Notes: generated by a model from the sequence alone, not told the origin. A stretch of DNA of 64,000 nucleotides from the human T2T-CHM13v2.0 reference genome, Homo sapiens (GCF_009914755.1 NC_060933.1); one strand, 5' to 3'. Counted from the first letter of the stretch, positions 30,283-44,896 are shown. Program-made: numbers and translations.

Positions 30283-31007
30283 TTAAATGATTTCAAGAGG
30301 AAAAGAAGCTGTTGCTCTTTCAATGGATCAAGTAACATCACCTAGGTAATTGCGTCACAATTTAAAAATCACTTGCGTTAATGACATTCCTTTGTAGCTG
30401 CAACATAAACATGCTTACATTCTCAACACAAGTGGAGAGAGATCAACCTGTGCATGTTCTGTGTGACCATGAGTAATTTACTTCCCCACTTCGTCTGTTT
30501 TTTTAAATCTGATAAATGAATAAATTGGTAAAATGTGGAGTAATAATTCAATGAAACATATAATACTGACATTGAAAGCAATCAATGAATATAAGCTGCC
30601 ACTATTACTTTTGTTTTTATTTATTTCTATTAAAGATAGCTTTATATGCCTGTAGACTTAATGAAATTTCCCATGTAGTATTTTTACTTCAAGAAAATAG
30701 TTACATTAATAAAGCAAAGAAGAGCAAACAAGCCATAAATAAACAAAACAATGATCATGATGGCCATTTCCATCTCTTTACATTGATTTAATTCAAGTTT
30801 GGTTAAAGATACTGAGAGATTGTTTGTGCTTCCATTCTTAAAATCTATTTCTATTACATTCACTAAAGGGGGTATTTAAGGGAAAAGTTCAGCATTGTGT
30901 TGCTGCCTCATGCCAACTTTTTGTCCACTTTGCCTCTTAGATAAGAGTACTTCTACATAAAACAAGTCAATTTTAGTTGTTAATTAAACAGTATTGCCAT
31001 TCATATT

Positions 31008-33260
31008 TGTATTAGTCCATTTCACACTGCTATGAAGAAGTACCAGCGACTGGATAATTTATAAAGGAAAGAGGCTTAATTGACTCACAGTTCTGCATGG
31101 CTTGGAAGACCTCAGGAAACTTACAGTCATGGTGGAAGGGAAAGCAGGTACCTTCTTCACAAGTCAGCAGGAAAGAGAGCATGTTAAGGAGGAACTATCA
31201 CACACTTATAAAACCATCATATCTCCTGAGAACTCATAAACTATCCTGAGAACACATGAGGGTAACCACCCCCTGAACCAATCACCTCCCTCTCTCAACA
31301 TGTGGGGATTACAGGTCACTCCCTTGACACATGAGAATTAAAATTTGAGATGAGATTCCGGTGGGGACACAGAGCCAAACTATATCATTCCACTCCTGGC
31401 CCCTCCCAAATCTCACGTTTTTTCACATTTCAAAACCAATTATGCCTTCCCAACAGTCCCACAGATAGTCTTATCTCGTTCCAGCATTAACCCAAAAGTC
31501 CACAGTCCAAAATCTCATCTGAGACAAGGCAAGTCCCTTCTGCCAATGAGCCTGTAAAATCAAAAGCAAGTTAGTTACTTCTTAGATAAAATGAAGGTAC
31601 AGGCATTGGTTAAATGCTCCTGTTCCAAATGGGAGACACTGGCCAAAACAAAACAGCTACATGCCCCATGCAAGTCCAAAATCTAGCAGGACATTCATTA
31701 AATCTTAAAGCTCCAAAATGATCTCCTTTGACTCCATGTCTCACATTCAGGGCATGCTGATGCAAGGGGTGGGCTCCAACAGTCTTGGGCAGCTCTTTCA
31801 TGGGCTTGCATTGAGTGCCTGTGGCTTTTCTAGGCACATGGTGCAAGCTGTCAGTGGATCTACCATTCTGGGGGCTGAAGGATGGTGACCCTCTTCTCAT
31901 AGTTCCACTAGTCAGTGACCAGTGGGGAACCTGTGTGGGGGCTCCAACCTCACATTTCCTTTCTGCACTGCCCCAGCAGAGGTTCTTCATGAGGGTCTGC
32001 CCCTGCAGCAAACTTCTGCCTGGACATCCAGGCATTTCCATACAACCTCTGAAATCTAGGTGGAGGTTCCTAAACCTCAATTCTTGACTTCTGTGCACAC
32101 GCAGGCCCAACACCACATGTAAGTCACCAGGGCTTGGGGTTTGCACCCTCTAAAGCAATGACCTGAGCACTACACTGGACCCTTTTAGCCATGGCTGGGA
32201 CACAGGGCACAAACTTCCTAGGCTGCCTACAGCAGGAGGGGGGCCTGGGCCAGATCCAGGGAACCATTTTTCCCTCCTAGGACTCGAGGCCTGTAATAGG
32301 AGGGGCTATTGTGAAGGTTTCTGTTATGCCCTGGAAACATTTTCCCTATTGTCTTGGCTATAAACATTTGACTTCTTGTTAGTTATGCAGATTTCTGCAA
32401 CTGAATTGACTTTCTCCCCAGAAAATGGGTTTTTCTTTTCTACCTAATGGTCAGACTGCAAATTTTTCAAACTTGTATGCTTTGCTTGCTCTTGAACACT
32501 TTGCTGCTTACAAATTTCTTCTGCCACATACCCTAAATCACCTCTCTGAAGTTCGAAGTTTCACAGATCTCTAGGGCAGGGACAAAATGCCACCAGTCTC
32601 TTGGCTTAAGCATAGCAAGAGTTACTTTTGCTCCAGTTCCCAATAAGTTCCTCATCTCCACCTGAGACTACCTCAGCCTGGACTTCATTTTCCATATCAC
32701 TATCAGCATTTTGGTCAAAACCATTAAACAAGTCTCTAGAAAGTCCCAAACTTTCCCACAGTTTCCTGTCTTCTTCTGAGGCCTCCAAACTGTTCCAACC
32801 TCTGCCTGTTACCCAGTTCCAAAGTTGCTTTCACATTTTTGGGTATCATTATAGCAGTGCCCCACTCCCAGTATCAATTTACTGCATTAGTCCATTTTTA
32901 CATTGCTATAAAAAATACCTGAGACTGGATAATTTATAAAGAAGGGAAGTTTAATTGACTCATAGTTCCACATGGCTAGAGAGGCCTCAGGAAACTTAAA
33001 ATCATACAGAAGGGGAGGCAGATACCTTCTTCACAAATCAGCATGAAAAAAAGCATGTGAAGGAGGAGCTCTCAAACTTTTATAAAACCATCAGATCTCA
33101 TAACTCATTCACTATCATGAGAACAGAATGGGGGAAACTGTCCACATGATCCAATCACCTCACTCCCTCAACATCTGGGGATTACACATCCCTCTCTCAA
33201 TATGTGGGAATGACAATTTGAGAAGACATTTGGGTTGGGACACACAGTCAAATCATATCA
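31008..33260 (-). mobile_element. Complete THE1 (THE1D-like) MaLR provirus: LTR 31008-31387, internal 31388-32882, LTR 32883-33260
   Basis: Two homologous LTRs TG(T/C)ATTAGTCC...ATATCA, THE1 internal sequence, perfect 5-bp TSD ATATT. Confidence 0.95.
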
Positions 33261-33869
33261 ATATTTTTTCATAGTAAAAATTAATATTATTTCTAGATCA
33301 TACCTCTAAAATACTGTCATCATTTCAAACTCAGATTTCAATATCCTGGCCCCTCTTCCACATGATTGTTGACATGACATGGTAAATAATAATTTTATTT
33401 TAAAATATCTTAACCCTGATTTTTAGTTCTCTCTCTCTTTCTCTTTTCAAACTTCCAAAGGCTACTTACAACTTTTAAAGAAATCTAACACTTCAAGATG
33501 TGAAAAACACCTTGAAACTGAAACTGACAAAGTGAATCACATCCCTCTCCCAATTAAGATCTACGCAGACAGAGATGTTCATATGTGTGATATATATACA
33601 CAAACACAGCTGGGCTGAAACCCCACATTTGACTTCTTATAACTTGACTTAAAATTCTCTGAGCCCCAAACTTATATGGCTGTGCTATTCCATGAATATG
33701 GCAAAGCTCTTGTTAAATAATATAAATTTTCAATACAAATATTTATTTAATTATAAATTTGTTTAAGAAATAAAGATGATACTCTTTGAAGAAGGGAAGA
33801 ATAACTTACTATAAGCCAAAGACTGCAGGCATAGAAAGCAACCTACTCTAGATCAAGCCACCTGTTAAT

Positions 33870-33990
33870 TTGTATTGCCTTACTTCCTGGCAACCACCCT
33901 GTGAAGCAGGTATAATTGACCTCAGTTTTACAGATGAATAATCTATGTTTTAAAGGGTTAAAATACAATGAGTAACAGAGGTAGAATATG
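33870..33990 (-). mobile_element. MIR fragment
   Basis: CAACCACCCTGTGAAGCAGGTAT..CAGTTTTACAGATGA. Confidence 0.6.
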
Positions 33991-35419
33991 ATTTATCTTC
34001 TGCTGAGATTACCTATCCTAGTATTTAGTTATGACACACTGCCCCTTTGGGTTTAAGGGATTCTAAAAGTTAGCCATTTTTCTATACTTAAGAAGTTAAA
34101 ACTGAAAATAGGAGTACTTGGGTAAATCATGATACTGCAAAGAAGACTAGCATAAGGAAGATTTAAAATCACTTTTGTACTGTAAAGTAATTATAAATGT
34201 GAAATAGCAATAAAAATATTAAATGAGGCTTCTGTTGTACTAAATTTCTATAAATGGCTCTATAATTTCTCACAACTATTTCCTGCATTTATATGAAGCT
34301 TGAAACTATCACTTAATTCTATATCCTACACATGACATTCAAAATTGTAATAGAAGATCTTAAAATATTTTAAATGATTAAGTAAAAATACTACAAAGTT
34401 TTAGGTAGGCTACAAAAAGAACTGTGTGAAGTAACCTGGTGAAATTAAAGCTGTAGAGATGAATTGTGATTAAATTCAAATTATGTATAAACAGATAAAC
34501 ATTAAAAACTCATTTATTGTCATGAATTTTAGTCCCAGCTGAAGGTTATGTATAAACAACATGAAGAATACATCTGGATCATAAACCAATAGAAATGACA
34601 AAATCAAAGCTGATCATTTTGGTTCAAATCATCGGAGTTGAGTATTTCCATGAAGCATAGTAATGTTAGTTACTGGCTTTTAGAGAGTATCCTTGTTATT
34701 ATAAATACACTCCCATCCAGTTTACACCTCAGTGATTCTATCAACATCGAATGAGTGATATAGATATTTTAAAAGATGGATTTTAGATCTTGTATAAAAA
34801 CCTTCAAATTAGTACTCTTTTCTTTCCTGAAATTGGCAATACATTTAAAAAATCAAGAATTCATGTATTTTAGCAATTTTGCTTTTATATTTTCTTGATA
34901 TTTCTTGAACCATTTTCCCCAATTTCTTACCCCTTTTTTACAGAACACTTTTATTGCCAACTACCTTTACAGTAGCCTAATAACATTATCTTACCAATGC
35001 TATTTGTACAAAATATTAAATTTGAGGTGTTCTTTGCAGTCTAGGCCTTGTATGGAGTTCATTAAAAGGAACATTTATATTTAAAGGCACATTTTAGATT
35101 ATTCAAATGTAAATATATTTTTAAATATTTACGAAGATATAACATAGCTCCCAGACCTAATATTGATTTTTGTGTATTCAAAAATTAAAAAAAAATCATA
35201 TGTGACCTAAGCTGCAAAAAAGTGACCCATTTTGGTTGAAATTTCTTTCCTGTCTGACTCATGTCATATGGATTTGGAAGGAAATGACTACACAGGGAGA
35301 AAGAGTATTGGAAATGTGCCAATCGAGTATTCTCTGTGGAGTCTTAGAGAAAAATGGTGACAGTGATAAAGGACAAGCTGGTAAAGGACATTCTTACTTG
35401 CCTTAAACATGACTACATA

Positions 35420-35640
35420 AGGCAGTGGTTATGAGCTCTAGAATCAGACTTTCTGGACCTGAATACTGACTGTATCATTTAATATGTGTGTGACCTCAGA
35501 AAAATTAACTACTTTCTCTGTGGTTCAGTTTACTCACTGGAAGAATTGTGATAATAATGACATCGACATAAATTTGTTGTAAGAGCTAAGTTATCTATTA
35601 GAGGGTTTAGCATAGTCCCTTGCATATGTGAAGTGCATAA
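35420..35640 (+). mobile_element. MIR
   Basis: CAGTGGTTATGAG..GAATCAGAC..TGTGTGACCTCAG..TCAGTTTACTCA. Confidence 0.7.
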
Positions 35641-35794
35641 TATATATATTCACATTTTAGAGGTTATCTTGTTATATTTCAGAATAGTAAAATTGTAACT
35701 CACTTTTACTCATTGTGATAGGAGAAATCATTGTAGTTTAGCGGAACCCTATTTCTCACCTCTGGAAAGACCAGCTCTTCCACTACGATTTTAA

Positions 35795-35900
35795 TATCTG
35801 CAGAGGCTTTTATTCTCTTTTGTTTACTGCTGTATCCCCAGGGCTTAGATTAGTGCCTGAACCATAATGTGCTATCTGTGAATGTTGAAGGAATGAATCA
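35795..35900 (+). mobile_element. L2 3' terminus
   Basis: TGTTTACTGCTGTATCCCCAG..AGTGCCTG..GAAGGAATGAAT. Confidence 0.7.
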
Positions 35901-36369
35901 TTGGTCAACTTTCAGTTTCTCCTTGCCAGGAAACTCTCCACAATATTTTGCAGTGGAGAAAATATTCCATCCATCATGGAAATACTCTACCACATGATAG
36001 CATTCAATCTAATTATTCTTTTTTTCTTTAATCTGCTTCCTCCTGCTTCTAACTCTGTAATGGATGCCTTGGGTTGCTAGAGAATTCTAAAAATCCCTTT
36101 GATATCCCACTCAGGGTTTTCCAATTTGGGAAATCCCTTGTAAAGCAAAAGAATTTTTCTCTGCCAACCCTTGCCAAAACCTCCATACCTGGAGAATATG
36201 AAAATAATAGTAGCATTTGATATTTATTGAGTATTTACTGTGTATGCAGTAGTGAGTTAGCTATTTCATTTAATCTTCCTATCTTTCGATGATATGGATC
36301 CTAGAAACTTTTTACAAATGAGAAGATTGAAATTTGGGGAGATTAATAATTCACTAGTAAGTCTCAAAC

Positions 36370-36918
36370 TATATTAGTCAGGGTTCTTTAGAGAGACAGA
36401 ACTAATAGAATAGATGTATATATGAAGGGGAGTTTATTAAAGAGTATTGAATTACATGATCACAAGGTAAATTCCCACAATAGGCCATCTGCAAGCCGAG
36501 GAGCAAGGAAGCCAGTCCAAGTCCCAAAAACCTCAGAAGTAGGGAAGCTGGCAGTGCAGCTTTCAGTCTGTGGCCCAAGGCCGAGAGCCCCTGGCAAACC
36601 ACAGGTGTAAATCCAAGAGTCCAAAAGCTGAAGAACTTGGAGTCTGATGTTTGAGGGCAGGAAGCATCCAACACAGGATAAAGATGAAGGCTGGAAGACT
36701 CACCAAGTCTGCTCCTTTCCATTTCTTCTGCCTGCTTTATTCTAGCCACTCTAGCAGCTGATTAGAAGGTGCCCACCCAGACTGAGGGTGGATCTGCCTC
36801 TCCCAGTTCACCGATTCAAATGTTAATCTCCTTTGGCAACACCCTCACAGACACACACAGGAACAATATTTTGCATCCTTCAATCCAATCAAGTTGACAC
36901 TCAATATTAACCATCACA
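36370..36918 (-). mobile_element. MLT2A (MLT2A2-like) HERV-L solo LTR, inserted in a MIR (~36205-36369)
   Basis: TATTAGTCAGGGTTCT..AGAACTAATAG...AAGTTGACACTCAATATTAACCATCACA; perfect 5-bp TSD CAAAC at 36365-36369 and 36919-36923. Confidence 0.93.
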
Positions 36919-37344
36919 CAAACTATAAGGGGCAAAACAGTTTTCACCAGTCTAATATTAACATCAATGCTCCTAAGAATCAACTAACCTCTACTTCTAT
37001 CTGTGTAGTCAGTGTTCAGTACCAAAGCTATCAGGAGCTCTGATCATTTCACACACACCAGGGTATGAAGGACTGACAATAAGTTAACTATCAATTACCA
37101 GGCTAACTCTGTCTGAATATGTTTTTGCTAAGAATGTTACCTTAAACAAAAATATATTAAACCTAATGAAAGAAATTTAATGGTGAATTTCAGATCCCAT
37201 GACAGGTAAATGGAATAGATAATTTGGGACTAGAAACTTTCTAGAGTTAACAACCTTCATAAAATTTTGACCTGAGTTTCACTTTCAAATTCATCCATAT
37301 ATGTACTTTCCCTTTTAACACCTATAAAATAAATACATATTCTA

Positions 37345-37720
37345 CTCACTAATTAATAAATCAGTTCAATCATTCAACTCAAGGATTTTTAGAATGTCTA
37401 CTCTATGGTAAACATTGTTTTAGACTTGGAGGTGAATGACTTCAGGAAGTTTACAACTTATGGCAGGGAAAAGACATTTATGTACATAATTAGAGTACAA
37501 TAAGATAAACACTACAAGAAAGACACCTATTATGAAAATGGGAATAAATTGTTCATTGAGAAAAACTTCACTGGAGCAGTTACATTTAACTGTGACTGGG
37601 GACAGCGGGGAGGTAGTACAGAATGGTGAAAGAAATTTACCAGCTGGAATAGCTTGTGTAGGGAATTCTAGATAGAGAAAAGATATGCAAAGGCATGGAG
37701 GACTGAAGAAATTCAACTTA
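37345..37720 (-). mobile_element. L2 fragment
   Basis: TTCAATCATTCAAC..GAATGTCTACTCTATG; ATGCAAAGGCATGGAGG. Confidence 0.55.
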
Positions 37721-38139
37721 CTGAGAGAATTAAGATTAATAGGCTATGAACAATCATGTTCTGATGACTTCAATGACTACGGTCACTATTAGTTCTGAGT
37801 TTGTGTCTTGAATGTTGGGACTGCTCATCAGATGGTCCTCCTCGCCTCTATCAATTTTAGGTATCTGAGTTACCTCATTTTCTCCAGGGCTTTAATTAGC
37901 TGCTACCAGAATCCGGTGGTGGCTCTTTGGGGCCTTCCAGTATATTATCACATAGATAAGCCAATCTCATCAAAATTAGACAATTCTGAAACACAGAATA
38001 AAGCCTGGATGAAAGGAAAGAGATCTTTGCAAATGTTAAAGGAATAAAAATTTGTAGGTGGGAGAAATTTCAAAAGTAACAACTAGTAAGAATTCATGTT
38101 CTGCTTAATAAAGTTACAGATAATTACTCATAGAAGTGT

Positions 38140-38345
38140 TTTTACTTCTATAAGTGTGTTTTCATGTAGGAGTTAGTATACAAACATATATTTCTTTGCT
38201 CCATCAGGCGCAAGAGCCTAAAAGAAATGATACCCCAGTAACAATGTACATACCATGGGCCCATATGTCAGTTACAAATAGCATTCTCCAAAGAAAGGAA
38301 TCAGGGCTCATTGGAGCAATGGCTGATTCTAGGATTGCTAGGATT
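38140..38345 (+). mobile_element. L1MC/L1MD 3'UTR fragment
   Basis: AATGATACCCCAGTAACAATG..CATTCTCCAAAGAAAGGAATCAGGGCTC..AATGGCTGATTCTAGGA. Confidence 0.7.
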
Positions 38346-39134
38346 TTCTGAGAAGTTGCGTGCCACATTTAATTTGGAATCAGTAAATTGTGGGTATTTT
38401 TGTCCTGCCACTGACTGGGATTTTGGGCAAGTCCTTCTCACATCTAAATCTCAATTCCCTGTGTCAGCTAGAACCTGAGCTTTGCTTGCCCTAAGATTCA
38501 TGCAAATAGGAGTCCCAGTGAAGGATCTGAAAGCCAGATCTAGCTATGAACTATTTATATGAGGAACTGTGGAATTTCCTGGGAAATAGCTTATTGAAAG
38601 GAAAGGTAGAATTCGGGCACAGAGGCCTAAAAACAATGCCCAAGGATCTGATACGGGAGAAAGGGAAAGAAAGCAATTGAACAGCCCACTGTTAATTATC
38701 ACATTATTTGTAGCTCAATCTTCACCAATGTGTGCTTAGATCTGAGAAGAGGGAGTGGGTAGAAAGCATAGATATAGTTCTTTTGCTAAAATCTCTGAAC
38801 ATCAAAGCACAGTCTAGGGATTCATGGATTAGCACAGTTAAGGAAGTGGAATCCTTTTCCCACATAAGTGGAAAGTATGGGATGTTTTATTTTGCATTAA
38901 GACCTCAGAGGTCTCAGCTTTCTTTGCAGGTCCCAGCAGCTCTAAGATACAGACACAGCAGAGTAGTTTCCATCCCATGTGCCACAATGTGTGATTCCTT
39001 TGCAGTCTCTTATACCAGAGATGGAAGTTTTGGTGTTCCGAGTTCCACTGTGTTACCCCTCAGAAACAGGTTTGAAGAGGAGTAGGGTCTTTCCATAAGT
39101 TTGAGACAAATATGGAATGAATTAATTAGATTCT

Positions 39135-39459
<325 letters not shown>

Positions 39460-39555
39460 TAGATTCTGATGTCCTATAATTGTAGACAGTGATAAACTCA
39501 GGGAAACAATATTTGTTATTATGCTTGAACAATGGAAGCTAAGAAACATGTAGAA

Positions 39556-39892
<337 letters not shown>

Positions 39893-42800
39893 TTATTAAA
39901 ATTGATATTGCATAAAATTTGAGGTAGAATTCCAATATCAGAAAAATTGGAGTTACTCTTGTAGAGGAGTGACATACTCTATCTTAAGATCTCAGTGTTC
40001 AGCATCTCTCTTATTTCCTGAAAATACCTAAGAATATTCTCAATGAAATGAAAATAAGGGCACCCCAGAATGCAGATTGAAAAAATATCTAACTGATTGA
40101 TGGCTAAGATGCTACCTACATTTAGATAATTGTTGGCTCTAAGCCACTGAGAAGGCTTATTATAGAAACATTGTTGCTGATTCTCAAGACTGTGAAGAAA
40201 TAAGAAAAAAAAAAATGAATCCTTAGTAACAGCTGAAATGATAGCCTGGCTACTTGAAGAAGGTCCCACTGCTTTTCTATCCCAAAACCAATAGGAAAAT
40301 ATTAATATTCTGAACTTTGGGCCTTCTGCCAAGTCTCTATACCAAGTCTACTGCATTAACTACTTACATGTCAGTCACACATACAAAAATTACTTGTCTG
40401 AAAATCCTTCACTACATGACCAAGATTGAAAGGAATTCTAAGAGAAATAGAAAAAACAGGCAGCCTCTACTCCAGGCAGCTTCTTCCTTTATGTTACCCA
40501 TACATCTCATCCCTTGCTAAAAGTGCCAGGAAATAAGGCATTGATGTAGTTCAGTCTGGGAGGGAGAAGTTTTCTTTCTTTCTTTTTTTTTTTTTTAAAA
40601 AGGAGGAGGTTGAAAGAGAATGAGTGTTTTTTAACTGAATTGCAGACAGTCCAAGGAAAGAAGAGATAAGATATCAGGCACTCCCAGGGCACTTCAAATG
40701 TAAGCCCAACAAAAGAAAAATGAATATAGAAATCAGTGATAAGACCTGGGTTTTTTAAAAGGTAAACTGTGACTGTGAAATACTTGTCAATCGGTGAGTG
40801 CCAGGGGCCACTCAGATGTAAAGGAAGCCCTGGGCTAGAAAAAAAAAATTTTTGATTGTATTAAATTGGTGACGTGTGCATATAAACAGAGTGAACAAAA
40901 TTACTCAATTCTGTCCTTTAAATCAGTCAAGAGTTTCCTGAAATCAAGTGAATTATTTCTTAGTATTCAGTAAAATAATTTAATGAATTCAGTTTCCCAT
41001 TGTCCATCGGATTGTGTGACATTTCCCATCAACGGCCATTTAGAAGAGGAGTTTTGGGAAGCAAATTAATAGTTTAGGAAATCTAAAACCATTACATCTG
41101 CCATTATTCTAGTTTGGATTCACTGATAAAACACACACTCCCATAGTTCAATTGGTGATGTGATACCATATGGGAGGGTGGTATAAATAGTTTTAATCAT
41201 CTCTATACTAGGGTAAAGGATCATTTGCAAAAGTTTTTTCATAAAATGCATTCTTTGGCCTCACCCTTGATACTTAAATATTTTGCAAGTTGGATACGTA
41301 TTGAAAAGCAAATCTTATATTTGAGCGTATCACATGAACAAATTCTTAAAGATAAGATAACACACCCTGTTCATATACATTTTGTTTTTTCAAGAATTTT
41401 CAAGAAGTAGTCAGTGTCTCTGGCTTTTATAAATCAACTCTTCAAAATGCATACAAGTGTCCATTTAGAAAGACTTGCATAGCCTTGCAAAGTTCAGTGG
41501 GGCTATTCTTTCTTTGGAGAATTCATCTCTGTTCTAAGTGCAGAAGCTTACAAAAACCTTTCAGAAAACAATGAAAAAATTCAATTTGAAGAAGAAATGT
41601 GTCATTGAAAATACAAATTAAGATATTCAAACTTTGGTTTCACACTTAGGGAGAAATAAAAATGTATTTTTCATTTGTATTTCTAAAGGCTTTGGTTTAG
41701 TGAGATATTTTCCCTAAAGGCAATTAGCTAACCAAGATAATTACTTCATCTGACATGTATAAAGAATTATTGATTTGTCTAGTCCATAATTTTGAATTGT
41801 GCTCCATTTTAAAAATGAGCCTTTGTCCGTCACCTCTACCAAGTCAATGAATGCAAATTATTTTCAGTGTTCTGGCAGCTTTTATCTTACAGTATTTGTT
41901 TGCCAACAGGATTTTCTAGGAAATAGGCAACTTATGCTATTTACTTAAATAAAGTATAAAAAGGAATTTCAGGTCAGAAAATCAGTATCTAAATAGATTT
42001 AAGAAAGTGATCTTTTTTTTTCAAATATAGGTCAATGGAATATAAATTGTATTATGTATATGCTGCTATTATGTAAATTTTATTATTTATATGGCTACTA
42101 TATAGCCATAGGAAGAATATAACCATGAAGAAGAAGAAAGTGAGGTATCAAAAAACTGTAATGAGAATAGAATCTTGGAGAAGTAAAAGTAAGGCCTCAA
42201 GGAAAGGGGATTAATAAACAGCAGTTTCTTCTACTAATGTGCTCTTGGAGATTGTAGGTGCAGAAACCAATATTAACACTTTTGATAGTGAATTTTGGAG
42301 AGCTTATAAAATCACTGCAATTTGTCTTCAGCCATAGGTCTGATTTCTTGGAAACTTATGGAAAATACATTGTACTGGGAAGATTAACTTTCAACAAACT
42401 AACATCTTGAGATGTCTAGATCCTCCTTCTTAGTCAATGTCTGCCAAAAATGATTTAGCCTTGGGAATCAAATCTAAAACCAACCAAATCTCTGAGATTC
42501 CTTTAGTAATCAAGAATATGGGTATTTTTTATGTGAATGCATCTTGACTTGGGTCTAGGTTTCTGTTTAAACCTGTGCTATAATCTCTGTCTGTAACACA
42601 GGTCAACAGCACTACATCCCAAATATAACGCTTGAAAATAATTAATCAGTTCATTTAATACTTATGTGGTACTTTTCTGTGCCAGAAATTTGCCAGAATT
42701 TCTGAAAATGAGATAGTACAGAGAACGAGATGCAACTTTCTTATTAAGATTTTTAAAAATAGGTAATATAATGACTTTCACACAGATATAAATTACTTCA

Positions 42801-43764
42801 TAAAATATCTTATTTAATTTATTAATTACTGAAGAAACCAGTAATATTACAATTGGATCAAAATAGATTTCAAAATGCCACATATTTTTAGTGAGAGAAC
42901 CAGTGCTGAAATGAATTTATAAATGAATAGAAAACCTAGTCAATATTCACAAGGTGATGATCAACTGCATTTTACCGGAAAATTTATGTTTTTAAGACAC
43001 AATTTGTCTTTCCATGGGCAGGAATTTTTGTATTATATCAGCATTCTACAATTTTTTTTTCTATTTATGAAGCTGTAAAATGGTTAACAACAAGCAAAGG
43101 TAGAGACAATGAATGGCGAAGTTGGTCAGCACATTCATTACATTTCAAAGTCCCTCAGATTTTTCCTAAATTTACAACAAACTCATAGCTTACAATCTAA
43201 TGTAGAATAGAAAGTAATCACTTGGAAGCACAAAAAAAGGATCTTCATTTGTAGACATGAGTAGGGTCGGGACTTCATAGTGAGGATGATAACTAATCTA
43301 AGGAAGGATGGAAAATAAATAGCCAGCCCAAATACTGTGGATGGATGGAGCAGGGATGGTGTTCTTAGAAGTAAGTAAACAGGGCAACAGAGAACTAATA
43401 TATTCATAAGGTGACCCACTTCTATTCAAAAGACATAGAGATAAGCTACTTTTAAAATATTTATTTGTTCCAGGAAATTAAAATACAGAAAACATCCACA
43501 TATTAAGGAATTGATCTCTGCCTTATTGGTAGATACTTACCCAGTGCTACTTGGCTTTGACAATACACAAAGTGAAGTGAAAAGATCATACAATTCCACA
43601 GGTTCAGTTCTGCTAAGTGTAAACACCTAGACCATCCATCTCTATATTGGAATACTAAGATAAAAGATCAGTGCAGTCACTGGCCAAAACTAAATTCCAT
43701 TGCAGATAGAGTTGGGCATTCATTAGAATTGGTACAAAAGAAAAATTTATACTTTTAAATTTCT

Positions 43765-43960
43765 CCCTTATTTAACTTGTCCACTTGGTAACTGTGGCAA
43801 ATTACTTAACTCCTCTGTCCCTCAGTTTTCTCTCTAATAAAGTGGACAGCAGTAGTGCCTGGATAATAAAATCATGAATTTTAAAAGAGATAGCATATGC
43901 AATATACTCAGGACAGTGCCTAGTATGTAGTAAATCCTTAATAAATGTTAACTATTTTAT
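43765..43960 (+). mobile_element. MIR
   Basis: GGCAAATTACTTAACTCCTCTGTCCCTCAGTTTTCTC..ACAGTGCCTAGTATGTAGTAAAT..AATAAATGTTA. Confidence 0.75.
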
Positions 43961-44347
43961 TGCCAGTTTGAGATCACCATTACAAAGAAGACTCCCTTCT
44001 TCAAATAAAGCCAGGCTTCAGTAAGCTCAGATAATAGGGTTTATGTTTTAATATATAACATTCAAGTGTTCAAAGTTACGCAAAATATGCAAACTCATTT
44101 AAGACAAAGAAAAGAGTTGACCACAGTCCAATATGGAGTCCTGTGACCTGGTTATAGATGTGGGCACGTGTTATGATTATCCGAAAGCTATACAATCATC
44201 GCACAAGATAACCAAATGAAAGAGGGTGCATATATTGAAGGATTAGTCCAAAATCATCACTCCAGAGAAGAGAGGGAGAGAAGAAACTGATCTGAAACCA
44301 CAAATCATATATCAAAGATTTGAAAGTGTCTCCTAATAGGGGAGTTC

Positions 44348-44744
44348 TGCCAGGCCTCTGAGCCCAAGCTAAGCCATCATATCCCCTGCGACCTGCATGT
44401 ACACATCCAGATGGCTGGTTCTTGCCTTAACTGATGACATTCTACCACAAAAGAAGTGAAAATGGCCTGTTCCTGCCTTAACTGATGACATTACCTTGTG
44501 AAATTCCTTCTCCTGGCTCATCCTGGCTCAAAAGCTCCCCCACTGAGCACCTTGTGACCCCCAACCCTGCCCCGCAGAGAACAACTCCTCTTTTTCCTTT
44601 ACCTACCCAAATCTTATAAAACAACCCCTATCTCCCTTAGCTGACTCTTTTCGGACTCAGCCCGCCTGCACCCAGGTGAAATAAACAGCCTTGTTGTTCA
44701 CACAAAGCCTGTTTAGTGGTCTCTTCACATAGACGCGCGTGAAA
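44348..44744 (+). promoter_or_regulatory. HERV-H 5' LTR (LTR7 family) with TATA box
   Basis: TGCCAGGCCTCTGAGCCCAAG...CGCGTGAAA; TATAAAA at 44615-44621; repeated GCCTTAACTGATGACATT blocks; activity cannot be shown from sequence. Confidence 0.9.
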
Positions 44745-44746
44745 TT

Positions 44747-44764
44747 TGGTGCTGTGACTCAGAT
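44747..44764 (+). other. tRNA-His primer binding site
   Basis: TGGTGCTGTGACTCAGAT versus canonical TGGTGCCGTGACTCGGAT (two CpG-type changes), just after the LTR. Confidence 0.9.
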
Positions 44765-44884
44765 CGGGGGACTTCCCTTGGGAGATCAATCCCCTGTCCT
44801 CCTGTTCTTTGCTCCATAAGAAAGATCCACCTATGACCTCGGGTCCTCAGACCGACCAGCCCAAGGAACATCTCACCAATTTTA

Positions 44885-44896
44885 AATCCGGTAAGC
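44885..44896 (+). promoter_or_regulatory. HERV-H leader splice donor
   Basis: AATCCG/GTAAGC with GT at 44891-44892, ~145 nt after the 5' LTR. Confidence 0.75.

Noticed and set aside
31610-32146. 178-aa ORF and the similar 184-aa ORF at 58465-59019 as a paralogous gene pair
   Set aside because: Both are decayed THE1 internal sequence; the similarity reflects the repeat family.
44415-44495. Repeated GCCTTAACTGATGACATT units as a CRISPR-like array
   Set aside because: Standard LTR7 U3 repeats in eukaryotic DNA; no spacers or cas genes.
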